A program made the position numbers and the translations under genes. A DNA stretch of 59,540 nucleotides from positions 1-59,540 of IMG/VR virus record IMGVR_UViG_3300044974_000308; one strand, given 5' to 3'. Positions 27,253-35,026 of this stretch are shown here, in pieces. Position 1 is the stretch's first letter; the number at the start of each line of letters is the position of its first letter. The DNA comes from a virus (lineage: Duplodnaviria; Caudoviricetes). Below the pieces are notes generated by a model, which saw only the letters and a list, made by a program, of their open reading frames with translations, ran no database searches and was not told the DNA's origin.

Positions 27253-27408
27253 ATGAACGAGCAGCCCTACTTCGAAAAGATCGTTTCTGGCACGGTCGGC
27301 TACTGCAACAAGATTGTCGCTGAATACCGCGCTCGCGGATATGTCGTCGCCAGCCAGAAGCAATGGTCTGACGGCAAATACACCTTCGTCCTTCGCAAAG
27401 ACAAGTAA
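27253..27408 (+). CDS. Early hypothetical protein (51 aa)
   Basis: Manual ORF MNEQPYFEKIVSGTVGYC...; after P1; ATGGATATTGAAATG leader. Confidence 0.6.
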   Translation: MNEQPYFEKIVSGTVGYCNKIVAEYRARGYVVASQKQWSDGKYTFVLRKDK

Positions 27409-27419
27409 TGGAGATTGAT

Positions 27420-27758
27420 ATGTCTAACGTGAAAAATGCTCCCACCGCTCGCTACTTCACTGAATTTGGCTATTCGCAATGCTACCCGTGGGTGCTCATT
27501 GATATGAGCCCCAGCGGCAAGACAGCGACGCTGGCGCGCGTGGCGACAAAGTCGGATCCTGACTGGACGCCAAAGATGCTTGTCGGCGGCTTCTGCGGCC
27601 ATTGCATCAATCAGTCTGAGCAGACTTGGCTCTATGATGGCGTCGAGTCGCGCACGCAAAAGATCCGCTTAAACAAGTATGGCGAGTGGAAGCACAAAGG
27701 CGTCCGTTTCGAAGAAGAGAAAAAAGGGCCGTATTACTTCTACGATTACAACTTCTAG
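27420..27758 (+). CDS. Early hypothetical protein
   Basis: GGAGATTGAT-ATG leader; ends YYFYDYNF. Confidence 0.7.
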   Translation: MSNVKNAPTARYFTEFGYSQCYPWVLIDMSPSGKTATLARVATKSDPDWTPKMLVGGFCGHCINQSEQTWLYDGVESRTQKIRLNKYGEWKHKGVRFEEEKKGPYYFYDYNF

Positions 27759-27782
27759 CAAGAGGGGGCGAAAGCCCCCGAC

Positions 27783-27811
27783 TTGACATCGGAAGAAACT
27801 TCCGCTATAAT
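27783..27811 (+). promoter_or_regulatory. Sigma70 consensus early promoter P2 with the same operator
   Basis: TTGACA-N17-TATAAT; spacer tcggaagaaacttccgc; preceded by GGGGGC-GAAA-GCCCCC hairpin. Confidence 0.85.
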
Positions 27812-27836
27812 GATTGTGTTAAGTATGGAGATCGAT

Positions 27837-28115
27837 ATGAAAAAATACACCGGGTTTGTTCATGCTGGCGGCGTCTGCTCTTGGTATTGCGCAGAAACGC
27901 AGCTGGAGGCGGCGACGAAAGCTGTGCAACAGTTTAAGCGCGACTTCAAGCATATCTTCAAAATCAAGAAGGGCGTCGAATACAAAGTATCTGTGTTTGA
28001 TACAACCGACATAGAAAGTTGGGTTCTTGATGATTATGGATATCTTCATGAACTTGGAGATCAGAACGACAAGAAAATTGTCAAGGATTTCGAGATCGTG
28101 AAGGTTTATTCCTAA
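27837..28115 (+). CDS. Early hypothetical protein
   Basis: GGAGATCGAT-ATG leader. Confidence 0.65.
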   Translation: MKKYTGFVHAGGVCSWYCAETQLEAATKAVQQFKRDFKHIFKIKKGVEYKVSVFDTTDIESWVLDDYGYLHELGDQNDKKIVKDFEIVKVYS

Positions 28116-28156
28116 CGGATGGGGCTTCGGCCCCATCTAATCTTACGGAGATCGAT

Positions 28157-28438
28157 ATGACCATCTACTCAGTGAAAGTTAGATACGAAACCATCAGCCC
28201 GATGTATCAGGAAGAGATCTTCCACTTTGACAATGAAGTCGAAGCAAGCACGTTTTTCCACAAGGCTATGGCGCAAGGTTGGAATGTCGGCTCTCCTCGC
28301 GTCGTCATCCATGAAGTTTTTAACTGTGATTCGGCGATGGGCTGGGTTCTGGATGAAATAGAAGCAACCAGAAATTCTGTTCTGCAAGATCCTAGCCGCT
28401 ATCCTCAACAAGTTCGTGCGAAAGCACGACAGGCATAG
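28157..28438 (+). CDS. Early hypothetical protein
   Basis: GGAGATCGAT-ATG leader; stop codon overlaps hammerhead 1. Confidence 0.65.
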   Translation: MTIYSVKVRYETISPMYQEEIFHFDNEVEASTFFHKAMAQGWNVGSPRVVIHEVFNCDSAMGWVLDEIEATRNSVLQDPSRYPQQVRAKARQA

Positions 28439-28491
28439 ATCGAAACGGGGCTACGGCCCCGTCTGTCCGTAACGCGGGCACTGATGAGATC
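28438..28491 (+). ncRNA. Type II hammerhead ribozyme 1 (predicted cleavage after C28463)
   Basis: GAUC-GAAA-CGGGGC(UACG)GCCCCG-UC^-UGUCCG(UAACG)CGGGCA-CUGAUGA-GAUC: full conserved core and three stems. Confidence 0.9.
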
Positions 28492-28505
28492 CGATGGAGA
28501 TTGAT

Positions 28506-28658
28506 ATGATCAAGGTTCGCAAAAATTCGAAGACCAAAATCTGGAACATCTATGCGTTCGACGGTGAGAACTTAGGCGCATACAGCTTCCACTTGCAGGA
28601 GGTGAAGGCATACTTCCCCGGCTGCACGATCAAGGGCCAGAACGTCTATCTGCCTTGA
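28506..28658 (+). CDS. 50-aa ORF bracketed by two hammerheads
   Basis: Manual ORF MIKVRKNSKTKIWNIYAFDGENLGAYSFHLQEVKAYFPGCTIKGQNVYLP; GGAGATTGAT-ATG leader. Confidence 0.7.
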   Translation: MIKVRKNSKTKIWNIYAFDGENLGAYSFHLQEVKAYFPGCTIKGQNVYLP

Positions 28659-28710
28659 AGTCGAAACGGGCTTCGGCCCGTCTGTCGGTTATGCCGGCAC
28701 TGATGAGACT
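28659..28710 (+). ncRNA. Type II hammerhead ribozyme 2 (predicted cleavage after C28682)
   Basis: AGUC-GAAA-CGGGC(UUCG)GCCCG-UC^-UGUCGG(UUAUG)CCGGCA-CUGAUGA-GACU; stems covary relative to copy 1. Confidence 0.9.
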
Positions 28711-28724
28711 ATATGGAGATTGAC

Positions 28725-28949
28725 ATGTCGCGCATGAAAGACTTCGCGTTTGAACTGGAAGCTTATACGACGAGCGCCATACAGCATACGGCTCTGATCT
28801 TGGCCGGGACGCATCCCGACAACCAAGAGGCGACGAAGATGCTGGACGAGGCTTTGAAGCTTCTGCAGCAGCGCATGACAGACGTCGAGTATAAGGACTT
28901 CATGTTCGACGTCGACCGCATCATGGATAAATACCAGCATCGATGGTAA
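28725..28949 (+). CDS. Early hypothetical protein
   Basis: GGAGATTGAC-ATG leader directly after hammerhead 2. Confidence 0.65.
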   Translation: MSRMKDFAFELEAYTTSAIQHTALILAGTHPDNQEATKMLDEALKLLQQRMTDVEYKDFMFDVDRIMDKYQHRW

Positions 28950-28956
28950 ACTTTCC

Positions 28957-28982
28957 AGACCCGCTTCGGCGGGTCTCTTTTT
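28957..28982 (+). terminator. Intrinsic terminator
   Basis: agacccgc-ttcg-gcgggtct followed by cttttt. Confidence 0.7.
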
Positions 28983-28993
28983 AGGAGGAAGCG

Positions 28994-29242
28994 ATGCGAG
29001 TGATTGAAACCCATATGAGCGACGGCGATGTGATTCGCCTCATTGAGCATGACCTGACGCAGGCCGAACTGGAAGCCAAGCAGGCAGAGACGCGGGACGA
29101 TGGCGTCATCGTCAGTTTTATGGTTCTGGACTATACTGCGAAGCCCAAGGCGCCAGCTGCCGCCAAGGAGACGAAGACGACGGCGTCGACGGTCATTGAG
29201 GCTGTCGCCAAGAAGATCCGCAAGACCTCTACCAAAAAGTAA
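28994..29242 (+). CDS. Hypothetical protein with K/A/T-rich tail
   Basis: RBS AGGAGG. Confidence 0.6.
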   Translation: MRVIETHMSDGDVIRLIEHDLTQAELEAKQAETRDDGVIVSFMVLDYTAKPKAPAAAKETKTTASTVIEAVAKKIRKTSTKK

Positions 29243-29290
29243 CCATAAAACGACCTCTGAAAATATTTTCGGAATTTTCTTCCAAAGCGC

Positions 29291-29319
29291 TTGACTGAGG
29301 AAGAAAGTTCCGATACCTT
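29291..29319 (+). promoter_or_regulatory. Early promoter P3 with variant operator
   Basis: TTGACT-N17-TACCTT; spacer gaggaagaaagttccga. Confidence 0.65.
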
Positions 29320-29354
29320 ATCTTTATTGAAATTGATAACCGATGGAGACTGAT

Positions 29355-29636
29355 ATGACCGACCTCGCTTCCCTCGCCGATCTCTATGCTTACGCCAAGG
29401 CGGAAGCCGACGCTGCCAAGAAGCGCGTTGACGACCTGCGTGAGCAGATTCTGGCGGCTGGCGTTGACCAGATCAACGGCGACCGCTTTCTGGTTTCGGT
29501 GAACACCACGGTTCGCGCCAGCATCGACACGACGCTTGTTCGCGAACTGTTGTCCAAGGAAGATCTGGCGCTCGTGACCAAAGAGACGCCGGTCGCCACC
29601 ATCCGCGTAAAGGCTGCGGTTCGTGTCGCGGCCTAA
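29355..29636 (+). CDS. Conserved early phage protein
   Basis: GGAGACTGAT-ATG leader; strongly biased codon usage; own promoter and terminator. Confidence 0.7.
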   Translation: MTDLASLADLYAYAKAEADAAKKRVDDLREQILAAGVDQINGDRFLVSVNTTVRASIDTTLVRELLSKEDLALVTKETPVATIRVKAAVRVAA

Positions 29637-29640
29637 TAAC

Positions 29641-29673
29641 AAGAGGGGCCGCGCAAGCGGCCCTTTTCTTTTT
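29641..29673 (+). terminator. Intrinsic terminator
   Basis: gggccgc-gcaa-gcggccc followed by ttttctttt. Confidence 0.8.
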
Positions 29674-29682
29674 GGAGGCGTA

Positions 29683-29784
29683 ATGACGTTCATGCGTTTT
29701 CTTGTGTCGCTCGTGTCGTTCCTTGGATCCATCGTGATCTTTGGATTGACCGTGTTCTTCGCTGTCTTGATGTTTATGAGGTGA
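29683..29784 (+). CDS. 33-aa hydrophobic membrane peptide
   Basis: Manual ORF MTFMRFLVSLVSFLGSIVIFGLTVFFAVLMFMR; RBS GGAGG. Confidence 0.5.
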   Translation: MTFMRFLVSLVSFLGSIVIFGLTVFFAVLMFMR

Positions 29785-29787
29785 ACT

Positions 29788-30015
29788 ATGTCGCTTGATA
29801 TCTATGACCACAATGTCGAAGGCCATCCCTACATCCTTGCTTCTAACGAGCCGTGCTACGAAGTGAACCCTGTTCTCTGGCGCCTGTTCTGCGTCTTCAC
29901 AGGGCGCGACTTCATGAACGCCAGCACGCTTTGGAGCGAGCAGCATGTGATCAATTCTCTTGTCTCTAAAGGAGTCGAATACCGTGACGCCAAATCAGCT
30001 TCGCATCGTTCTTGA
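29788..30015 (+). CDS. Hypothetical protein
   Basis: RBS GAGG. Confidence 0.5.
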   Translation: MSLDIYDHNVEGHPYILASNEPCYEVNPVLWRLFCVFTGRDFMNASTLWSEQHVINSLVSKGVEYRDAKSASHRS

Positions 30016-30220
30016 TAAACTAGGGATAACGAACACAGATGTCGCGACCATTGCAGGAGTCACACCGCGTCAGGTTAATTCTTGGCTACGAGGCGTTAAT
30101 GGCATACCTCGCTCTGTTGTTCTTATTCTTGCTGCCCTTGATAATAAACAGCTGTCAATTGATTGGCTGGTTCAAGCAGTCGAGATGGAAGTAATACAAG
30201 AAGCCAGACAAGGAGAGTAG
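29984..30220 (+). CDS. XRE/Cro-like HTH regulator (GTG start)
   Basis: TPNQLR..L..LG.T..DVA...GVT.RQV..W..G...IP; RBS AAGGAG. Confidence 0.75.
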   Translation: MTPNQLRIVLDKLGITNTDVATIAGVTPRQVNSWLRGVNGIPRSVVLILAALDNKQLSIDWLVQAVEMEVIQEARQGE

Positions 30221-30222
30221 AG

Positions 30223-30471
30223 ATGGCAACATCAGAGAAGATAGGATGGACTGTTGTAGATCGAAAAGGAAGATTCCTTGGATCAGACTCAGTAACAGAT
30301 TCTGGAAGAATTTTGTTTCTCTATTCCCCTGCAATTTTTCGGACAAAAAAAGACGCTGTAGAATACGCCCGCGCTAGAATGAACATATGGATAGAAAACG
30401 GACGCGATGAAGAAGATTGCAAAAAAGACGCCTTAATTGTTAAGGCTTTTGCAATTGTAGAAACAATATAA
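30223..30471 (+). CDS. Hypothetical protein
   Basis: RBS AAGGAG; last gene of the early unit. Confidence 0.5.
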   Translation: MATSEKIGWTVVDRKGRFLGSDSVTDSGRILFLYSPAIFRTKKDAVEYARARMNIWIENGRDEEDCKKDALIVKAFAIVETI

Positions 30472-30478
30472 AACAAAC

Positions 30479-30507
30479 GGCCCAAGGCATGGCGTCCTTG
30501 GGCCTTT
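30479..30507. terminator. Terminator between convergent units
   Basis: ggcccaagg-N8-ccttgggcc followed by tttt; A-rich on the left flank. Confidence 0.65.
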
Positions 30508-30650
30508 TGTTACACGATGTCAGCTTGTGTGCTCTCGATTCCGTTCTCCGTTTTTGTTTCATATCTACCCGCTAATACATAGATTGCAGGAGCGGGCGCC
30601 TGCTTGCGAAGCACTCAGTGTGCCTCGCAAGAGGCCGCTGCAATTCGCAT

Positions 30651-30851
30651 TCACCAAAGAACGTCATGCGTTTGGCCAAGCGCCTTTTGTCTTTCTAGGC
30701 GGTCGATCTCATTACGCAATGACTTGATCGTTTCTTCATCTTCCTGCCATTCAGCATCGACAAGAAGACGCTTTGCGCGATTGATCGCAACATCAATTTC
30801 GATTGTGCTATTGACCAATGATTGAAGATCAGAATGGGATTGCGTCACCAT
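30651..30851 (-). CDS. Hypothetical protein
   Basis: Coiled-coil ORF overlapping upstream gene. Confidence 0.5.
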   Translation of the reverse strand: MVTQSHSDLQSLVNSTIEIDVAINRAKRLLVDAEWQEDEETIKSLRNEIDRLERQKALGQTHDVLW

Positions 30852-31506
30852 TTTTCTCCCATCCTTCTACGCCGTCAATCGGTAAGCCGGGATCAAATAT
30901 ACCCTCTTCTTGAGTAGATCCAAGAGGAGATTGCAACGGATCCGTCACGCGCGTTTTTGTTTGCGTGACTTCGGCGCCGGGGAATGCAAGCTTCACTGCG
31001 AGCACATCCTTATAGTGCGACAGCAGCATGGCAATTTCTTCTAGCGTGTAGACGTTAATGCGACGACCTTCCGCAAGGATGCGATTCGCCATATGAGGCT
31101 CTTTGACAATCGTAGCGACCGTCCCATCATCAAGGCATACCTCCCATATCGCCGGGTCGAGTATTTCCGCGCCGCTTTCTTCCGCCGCTTTGTCGAGCGC
31201 TTTCCAAGCTTTGACCATACGCTGTGATTCTCGCTTAACATCTTCAAGGTCTCCCTTCCAACGGGCTTGGCTCGTCAGGAACCGCTGCCGGTCGAACTTC
31301 TCCCGCAGTTCTGTCGACACCAATAGCCGCAGCCTGTCTCGCCCCCATTTCAATTCCAGTTCGACTTCCAGCGCGTCGGCCTCATCCAGCGCCGCTCTGC
31401 CGGCGATATACATGCCGGGCGTCGCCATCCACGGGATGGGCTTGTAATGCGATACCGCGGCGCCCCTATCGGACGGCGGCGGCGGTCTTGACGGTCTCTT
31501 CGCCAT
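30829..31506 (-). CDS. Conserved replication-region protein (likely start MAKRPS)
   Basis: E.KWG.DRL..LV..EL..KF..Q motif; ends D.IPF. Confidence 0.65.
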   Translation of the reverse strand: MAKRPSRPPPPSDRGAAVSHYKPIPWMATPGMYIAGRAALDEADALEVELELKWGRDRLRLLVSTELREKFDRQRFLTSQARWKGDLEDVKRESQRMVKAWKALDKAAEESGAEILDPAIWEVCLDDGTVATIVKEPHMANRILAEGRRINVYTLEEIAMLLSHYKDVLAVKLAFPGAEVTQTKTRVTDPLQSPLGSTQEEGIFDPGLPIDGVEGWEKNGDAIPF

Positions 31507-31730
31507 TACTCGCCTCCCTTGTCCCATGAGAACTTCGGGAGCGACACCTTGGCCTTCGCCGCCTTGGCTGCGTCGCCGTATAATTCATCCTTGAGCCGCG
31601 CATCGTAACGGATGCTGTGTAGCGACCGCAGCTTTGGCGGCGGGGCGTCCAGACTGGCCGATCCAATCGAATCGCCGGTGCGCTTGCTGGGATGCTTATT
31701 CGAAGGGAACGGCCCTTTTGCCTTGATCAT
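31506..31730 (-). CDS. Hypothetical protein
   Basis: GGAGATTGAG-ATG leader; ends VSLPKFSW. Confidence 0.55.
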   Translation of the reverse strand: MIKAKGPFPSNKHPSKRTGDSIGSASLDAPPPKLRSLHSIRYDARLKDELYGDAAKAAKAKVSLPKFSWDKGGE

Positions 31731-31731
31731 C

Positions 31732-32004
31732 TCAATCTCCTCTCAATCGATATCTCTTCCGAACGGCCTCTATGGCCCAATCCGCCATATCGGGATATCC
31801 GGTGTTCAGCTTCTTCCACGCCGGGCAGTCGCTGAAACTGCCCGTCCTGACATTAAAACTGATCAGGAAGTCTTTCCTAAGAACATCCGAACTACGCGCC
31901 GACAGCCAAATGTTCATCCAGCCGTTCTCGCCTTCGCCCGGTCGTTCGATTAGCACCCACTGACGAGTTCTGGCGATAACGCCATCCTTACGATTACCAG
32001 TCAT
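31732..32004 (-). CDS. Hypothetical protein
   Basis: Packed ORF. Confidence 0.5.
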   Translation of the reverse strand: MTGNRKDGVIARTRQWVLIERPGEGENGWMNIWLSARSSDVLRKDFLISFNVRTGSFSDCPAWKKLNTGYPDMADWAIEAVRKRYRLRGD

Positions 32005-32104
32005 AACCTAATCTCAATATCAACGCCGTCGAGGCTAACGCACGCCGGCGGCGTCTGTCAAGCGCCGCGCAGCGAGCCCGGAGCGCAAGCGCAGGGCGAA
32101 GCGA

Positions 32105-32252
32105 GCAGGAAGGGGGGAGCCCCCGTAGGGGGCGGGGGGAAACCTCAGACCCCCGCGACCCTGTAGAATCAATGACTTAACCCCCGCAAATAAAAACGCA
32201 GACCCCCGCAGACCCCCGCGCACAAATAAAAACAATGACTTAACCCCCGCGT
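32105..32252. repeat. Iteron-like repeat region; candidate replication origin
   Basis: CAATGACTTAACCCCCGC x2, CAGACCCCCGC x3, AAATAAAAAC x2 and G-runs just downstream of the primase-helicase. Confidence 0.6.
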
Positions 32253-32277
32253 ATACGTTCATTTCGGATCTCCAAAA

Positions 32278-34545
32278 TCACACGTTAAAAGACGGTCTGT
32301 TTCTAACTTCCAGACCCTTCTTGAGCATCTTGTTGTGCATGTATTCGACGGTGACGAGGTAAAGTTTTCCGGTCAGCTTTCGAACAATCGCATCAGCGTC
32401 CGATTCGTTCATTGTGTCGATCCCGTGAGAATAAATAATCTCCATAATCCTCGTTCCGGCGTATCTGCTTCCTGACTGCTTGAACTCGCTCCAAGGAATA
32501 CCTTCCTGTTTGGCTTGGTCGACCTCATCGAATATCGCCTTCCAAACGGCATCAGGAAGCTTCCTGCCGATGGTCGTAAAGCCGGTTTCCTGCTGGCCGC
32601 CAAAATCGGCCGCTGATGCGCCTACGGGCGTTCCGACTGTGTTAGTAGCTACGACCGGCTTATCGACGATCAGGGACGATCCTGCGAAGCCTACGACGAC
32701 CTTTTTCAGTTCGAAGTCCTCAGACCAACCGTCGATTGAATCCTTGATCTTGCGGGCATGGATCTGGCCGATCATGACGCCGTTCTCTCTCTCGACCTGA
32801 ATATTGGCGTCGCCGGCGCCGGCGAGGGTCGTCGAGCCGCGCATTTGCGTGCCGCCGTCCTTGTTCTGGTGGTGGACGCCGGTCGCCATGCAATTGAACG
32901 TCTGCTTCAGGATGCCGATGGCGTTGATGAAGACGGTCATATCCTTCTGCAGGTTCTCGTCGGCGCCGGGTATGGCCCTTGAGACCGTGTCGATGAAGAT
33001 TGCCACCGGGTTTACGCCAAGCTTGTTGACCACCTCATATTTGACCGCCTTGATGACGTTGATGATGTCTTTGGGGTCGAGGAAGTTCAGGTTGCGGCGA
33101 ATCAGGTAGAAGGGCGCCTCGCCGTGCGGGATGCCGTATTTGTCCTCTAGGGCCATTAATCTGAACTTCAGACTGGCTGTGCCCTCGCTGGAGATATAGA
33201 TCACCGGGCCATGCCGATTGACCTTCCTGCCCCACCAATGCGTGATTGACGGGCAGGCAAGCGCAAAGGCCATGTCGAGCGCGATAAACGACTTTCCGCA
33301 GCCGGGCGGCCCATACAGGAAGGCCGTCGCGTCTTCGATGAAAAGATCGTCGATGAGCCATGTCGGATCCGGCAGCGCCATGATCGCCTTGAGATCTAGG
33401 ATCTCCAGCAGACCTTTTACTTCCGAAAAATCATCTTCCGGCTGCTTCTTTTCTTCTTCTTTGGGCTCTTCTGCGGAAGGTTCTTCCGCTGGTCGAGGCT
33501 CTTCTTCCTCGTCTGGCAGAACATTCTTCTCCATTTCAGCGCGGATCTGTTCCTCGAAAGACTGATATGGAACTTTCCTCTCGCGCTTCGGCTCTTTCGC
33601 GTGCTCACTTACCTTGTCATCCCATTGCCGGATGGCGGCCGACCATTTGTGGTTGAAGGCTGTGCGGCCGCGCCCCTCGCGCTCAAGCGCATCTTCTTTG
33701 GATAGGGATGACGGCGGAAGGCGCGTATCGACCTTTGATACATAGGTGATGAAAAGCGCGTCCCGCTCCTTGTTTCCAACTTCATCACTGATAAACGGCG
33801 CATCGCGATACAGGTCGACGACGCGCGCCCATATCATTTTCGCCATGTAGTCTTCGCGACCGTCGATCAGATGCCCATAGCCATCAGACATATGATCCGG
33901 GCTTGCGGTTTTGACGCCGCCGGCGCTGGGCGCATGACCGCCATGCTCCTGCGCAAGGAGATCGATCTGCTCGCACAGCCATTGCGGCGCGTCTGCGATT
34001 TCGATTGACCACGGCTCCTTGCCTTCTTCCCAGCGGTAGCGCTTGCCGCTTTCGTGCATCGACGGCGCGATGACGGCAAAGCCGCCAATGCCGCGGATAT
34101 CGACGCCGATGTTGGTTTTGATCGTCGGCGGATTCCAGTTCTCTGGCGCCCGGAAGAGCAGCTGCAGACCGCCCCCGCCCGTGATCTGCGTCGGCGTATC
34201 AAGTTCTCCGGCGCTGTCTTGCATGTCGAGACAGCAACTCCACCAGACGGCGCAATCGCCGCCCTTGTGCAGATCAAGATCGACGACGAAGACGCGCGTC
34301 GAGCAATTGCCCGTCAGGATTCCGATGTTTGTTTTATTGAGATTGACGCCATGAAAGAACTTCTCGAATGTCGCCTCATCGACAAGTTCGTTCTGATATT
34401 CGCGCCAGTTCGGGAGCGCCGGGCGCTTCCAGTTTAAGGCATTACGGCCGGGATAGACGGCAGGAACGACCTGCAATCCAAGCAAGCGATACATTGATGC
34501 GTAGTCGGACAGGCTTGCAAATTCTTCATCAAAGTCGGGCAGCAT
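32278..34545 (-). CDS. Bifunctional primase-polymerase (Prim-Pol) fused to AAA/RecA-family helicase
   Basis: NIGILTG..VVDLD, T.GGG, VDIRG.GG....PS.H.SG..Y.W; GPPGCGKS, IDT.SR, HH, RGS..L. Confidence 0.9.
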   Translation of the reverse strand: MLPDFDEEFASLSDYASMYRLLGLQVVPAVYPGRNALNWKRPALPNWREYQNELVDEATFEKFFHGVNLNKTNIGILTGNCSTRVFVVDLDLHKGGDCAVWWSCCLDMQDSAGELDTPTQITGGGGLQLLFRAPENWNPPTIKTNIGVDIRGIGGFAVIAPSMHESGKRYRWEEGKEPWSIEIADAPQWLCEQIDLLAQEHGGHAPSAGGVKTASPDHMSDGYGHLIDGREDYMAKMIWARVVDLYRDAPFISDEVGNKERDALFITYVSKVDTRLPPSSLSKEDALEREGRGRTAFNHKWSAAIRQWDDKVSEHAKEPKRERKVPYQSFEEQIRAEMEKNVLPDEEEEPRPAEEPSAEEPKEEEKKQPEDDFSEVKGLLEILDLKAIMALPDPTWLIDDLFIEDATAFLYGPPGCGKSFIALDMAFALACPSITHWWGRKVNRHGPVIYISSEGTASLKFRLMALEDKYGIPHGEAPFYLIRRNLNFLDPKDIINVIKAVKYEVVNKLGVNPVAIFIDTVSRAIPGADENLQKDMTVFINAIGILKQTFNCMATGVHHQNKDGGTQMRGSTTLAGAGDANIQVERENGVMIGQIHARKIKDSIDGWSEDFELKKVVVGFAGSSLIVDKPVVATNTVGTPVGASAADFGGQQETGFTTIGRKLPDAVWKAIFDEVDQAKQEGIPWSEFKQSGSRYAGTRIMEIIYSHGIDTMNESDADAIVRKLTGKLYLVTVEYMHNKMLKKGLEVRNRPSFNV

Positions 34546-34666
34546 TTTATATTCCTATTTCGATTTGATTTATAATGAGACCAATGATACAAATATCTTG
34601 CTCAATGGTTTCTTCATTGTGCGTTTCCTATCTTTGACTAAGCCCCGTTCGCGCGGGGCTTCTTTT

Positions 34667-35011
34667 TTATCTGAACCAAGATTCGTATTCTTCTTGCTTC
34701 CTATCATAACGCTTGCGCGCCAGTCTCTCCCGAAGTTCGAAAAACCCGCCCAGTTCAGGGACAGTATTCATGATAAGTCTGGCGTATAAGGCATGGTAGT
34801 TATTGTTTAACTTAAAACACGGATCTGTCGTCTGCATAGCGCGGTGAAAGCGCACAATTTCGAATAAAGCCTTTATGCCATAACGATTGCGCCCGACGCG
34901 AAGCAATTGCTTTGCGAGCCGAACAAGTTCATCGAATACTTCAGGGTTTTCTTGATGGAAGCGCCAGAATGCTTTCGCAATTGCGTCTTCATCGTCTAAT
35001 CTAGTTGGCAT
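34667..35011 (-). CDS. Conserved phage hypothetical protein
   Basis: F..FH..NP.V...F...R...FKLNNN..A.YAR...FFE.R. Confidence 0.65.
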   Translation of the reverse strand: MPTRLDDEDAIAKAFWRFHQENPEVFDELVRLAKQLLRVGRNRYGIKALFEIVRFHRAMQTTDPCFKLNNNYHALYARLIMNTVPELGGFFELRERLARKRYDRKQEEYESWFR

Positions 35012-35026
35012 AGATTCCTCTCATTT

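Noticed and set aside
32035-32262. 75-aa ORF downstream of the primase
   Set aside because: Translation of the repeat region; low confidence as a protein
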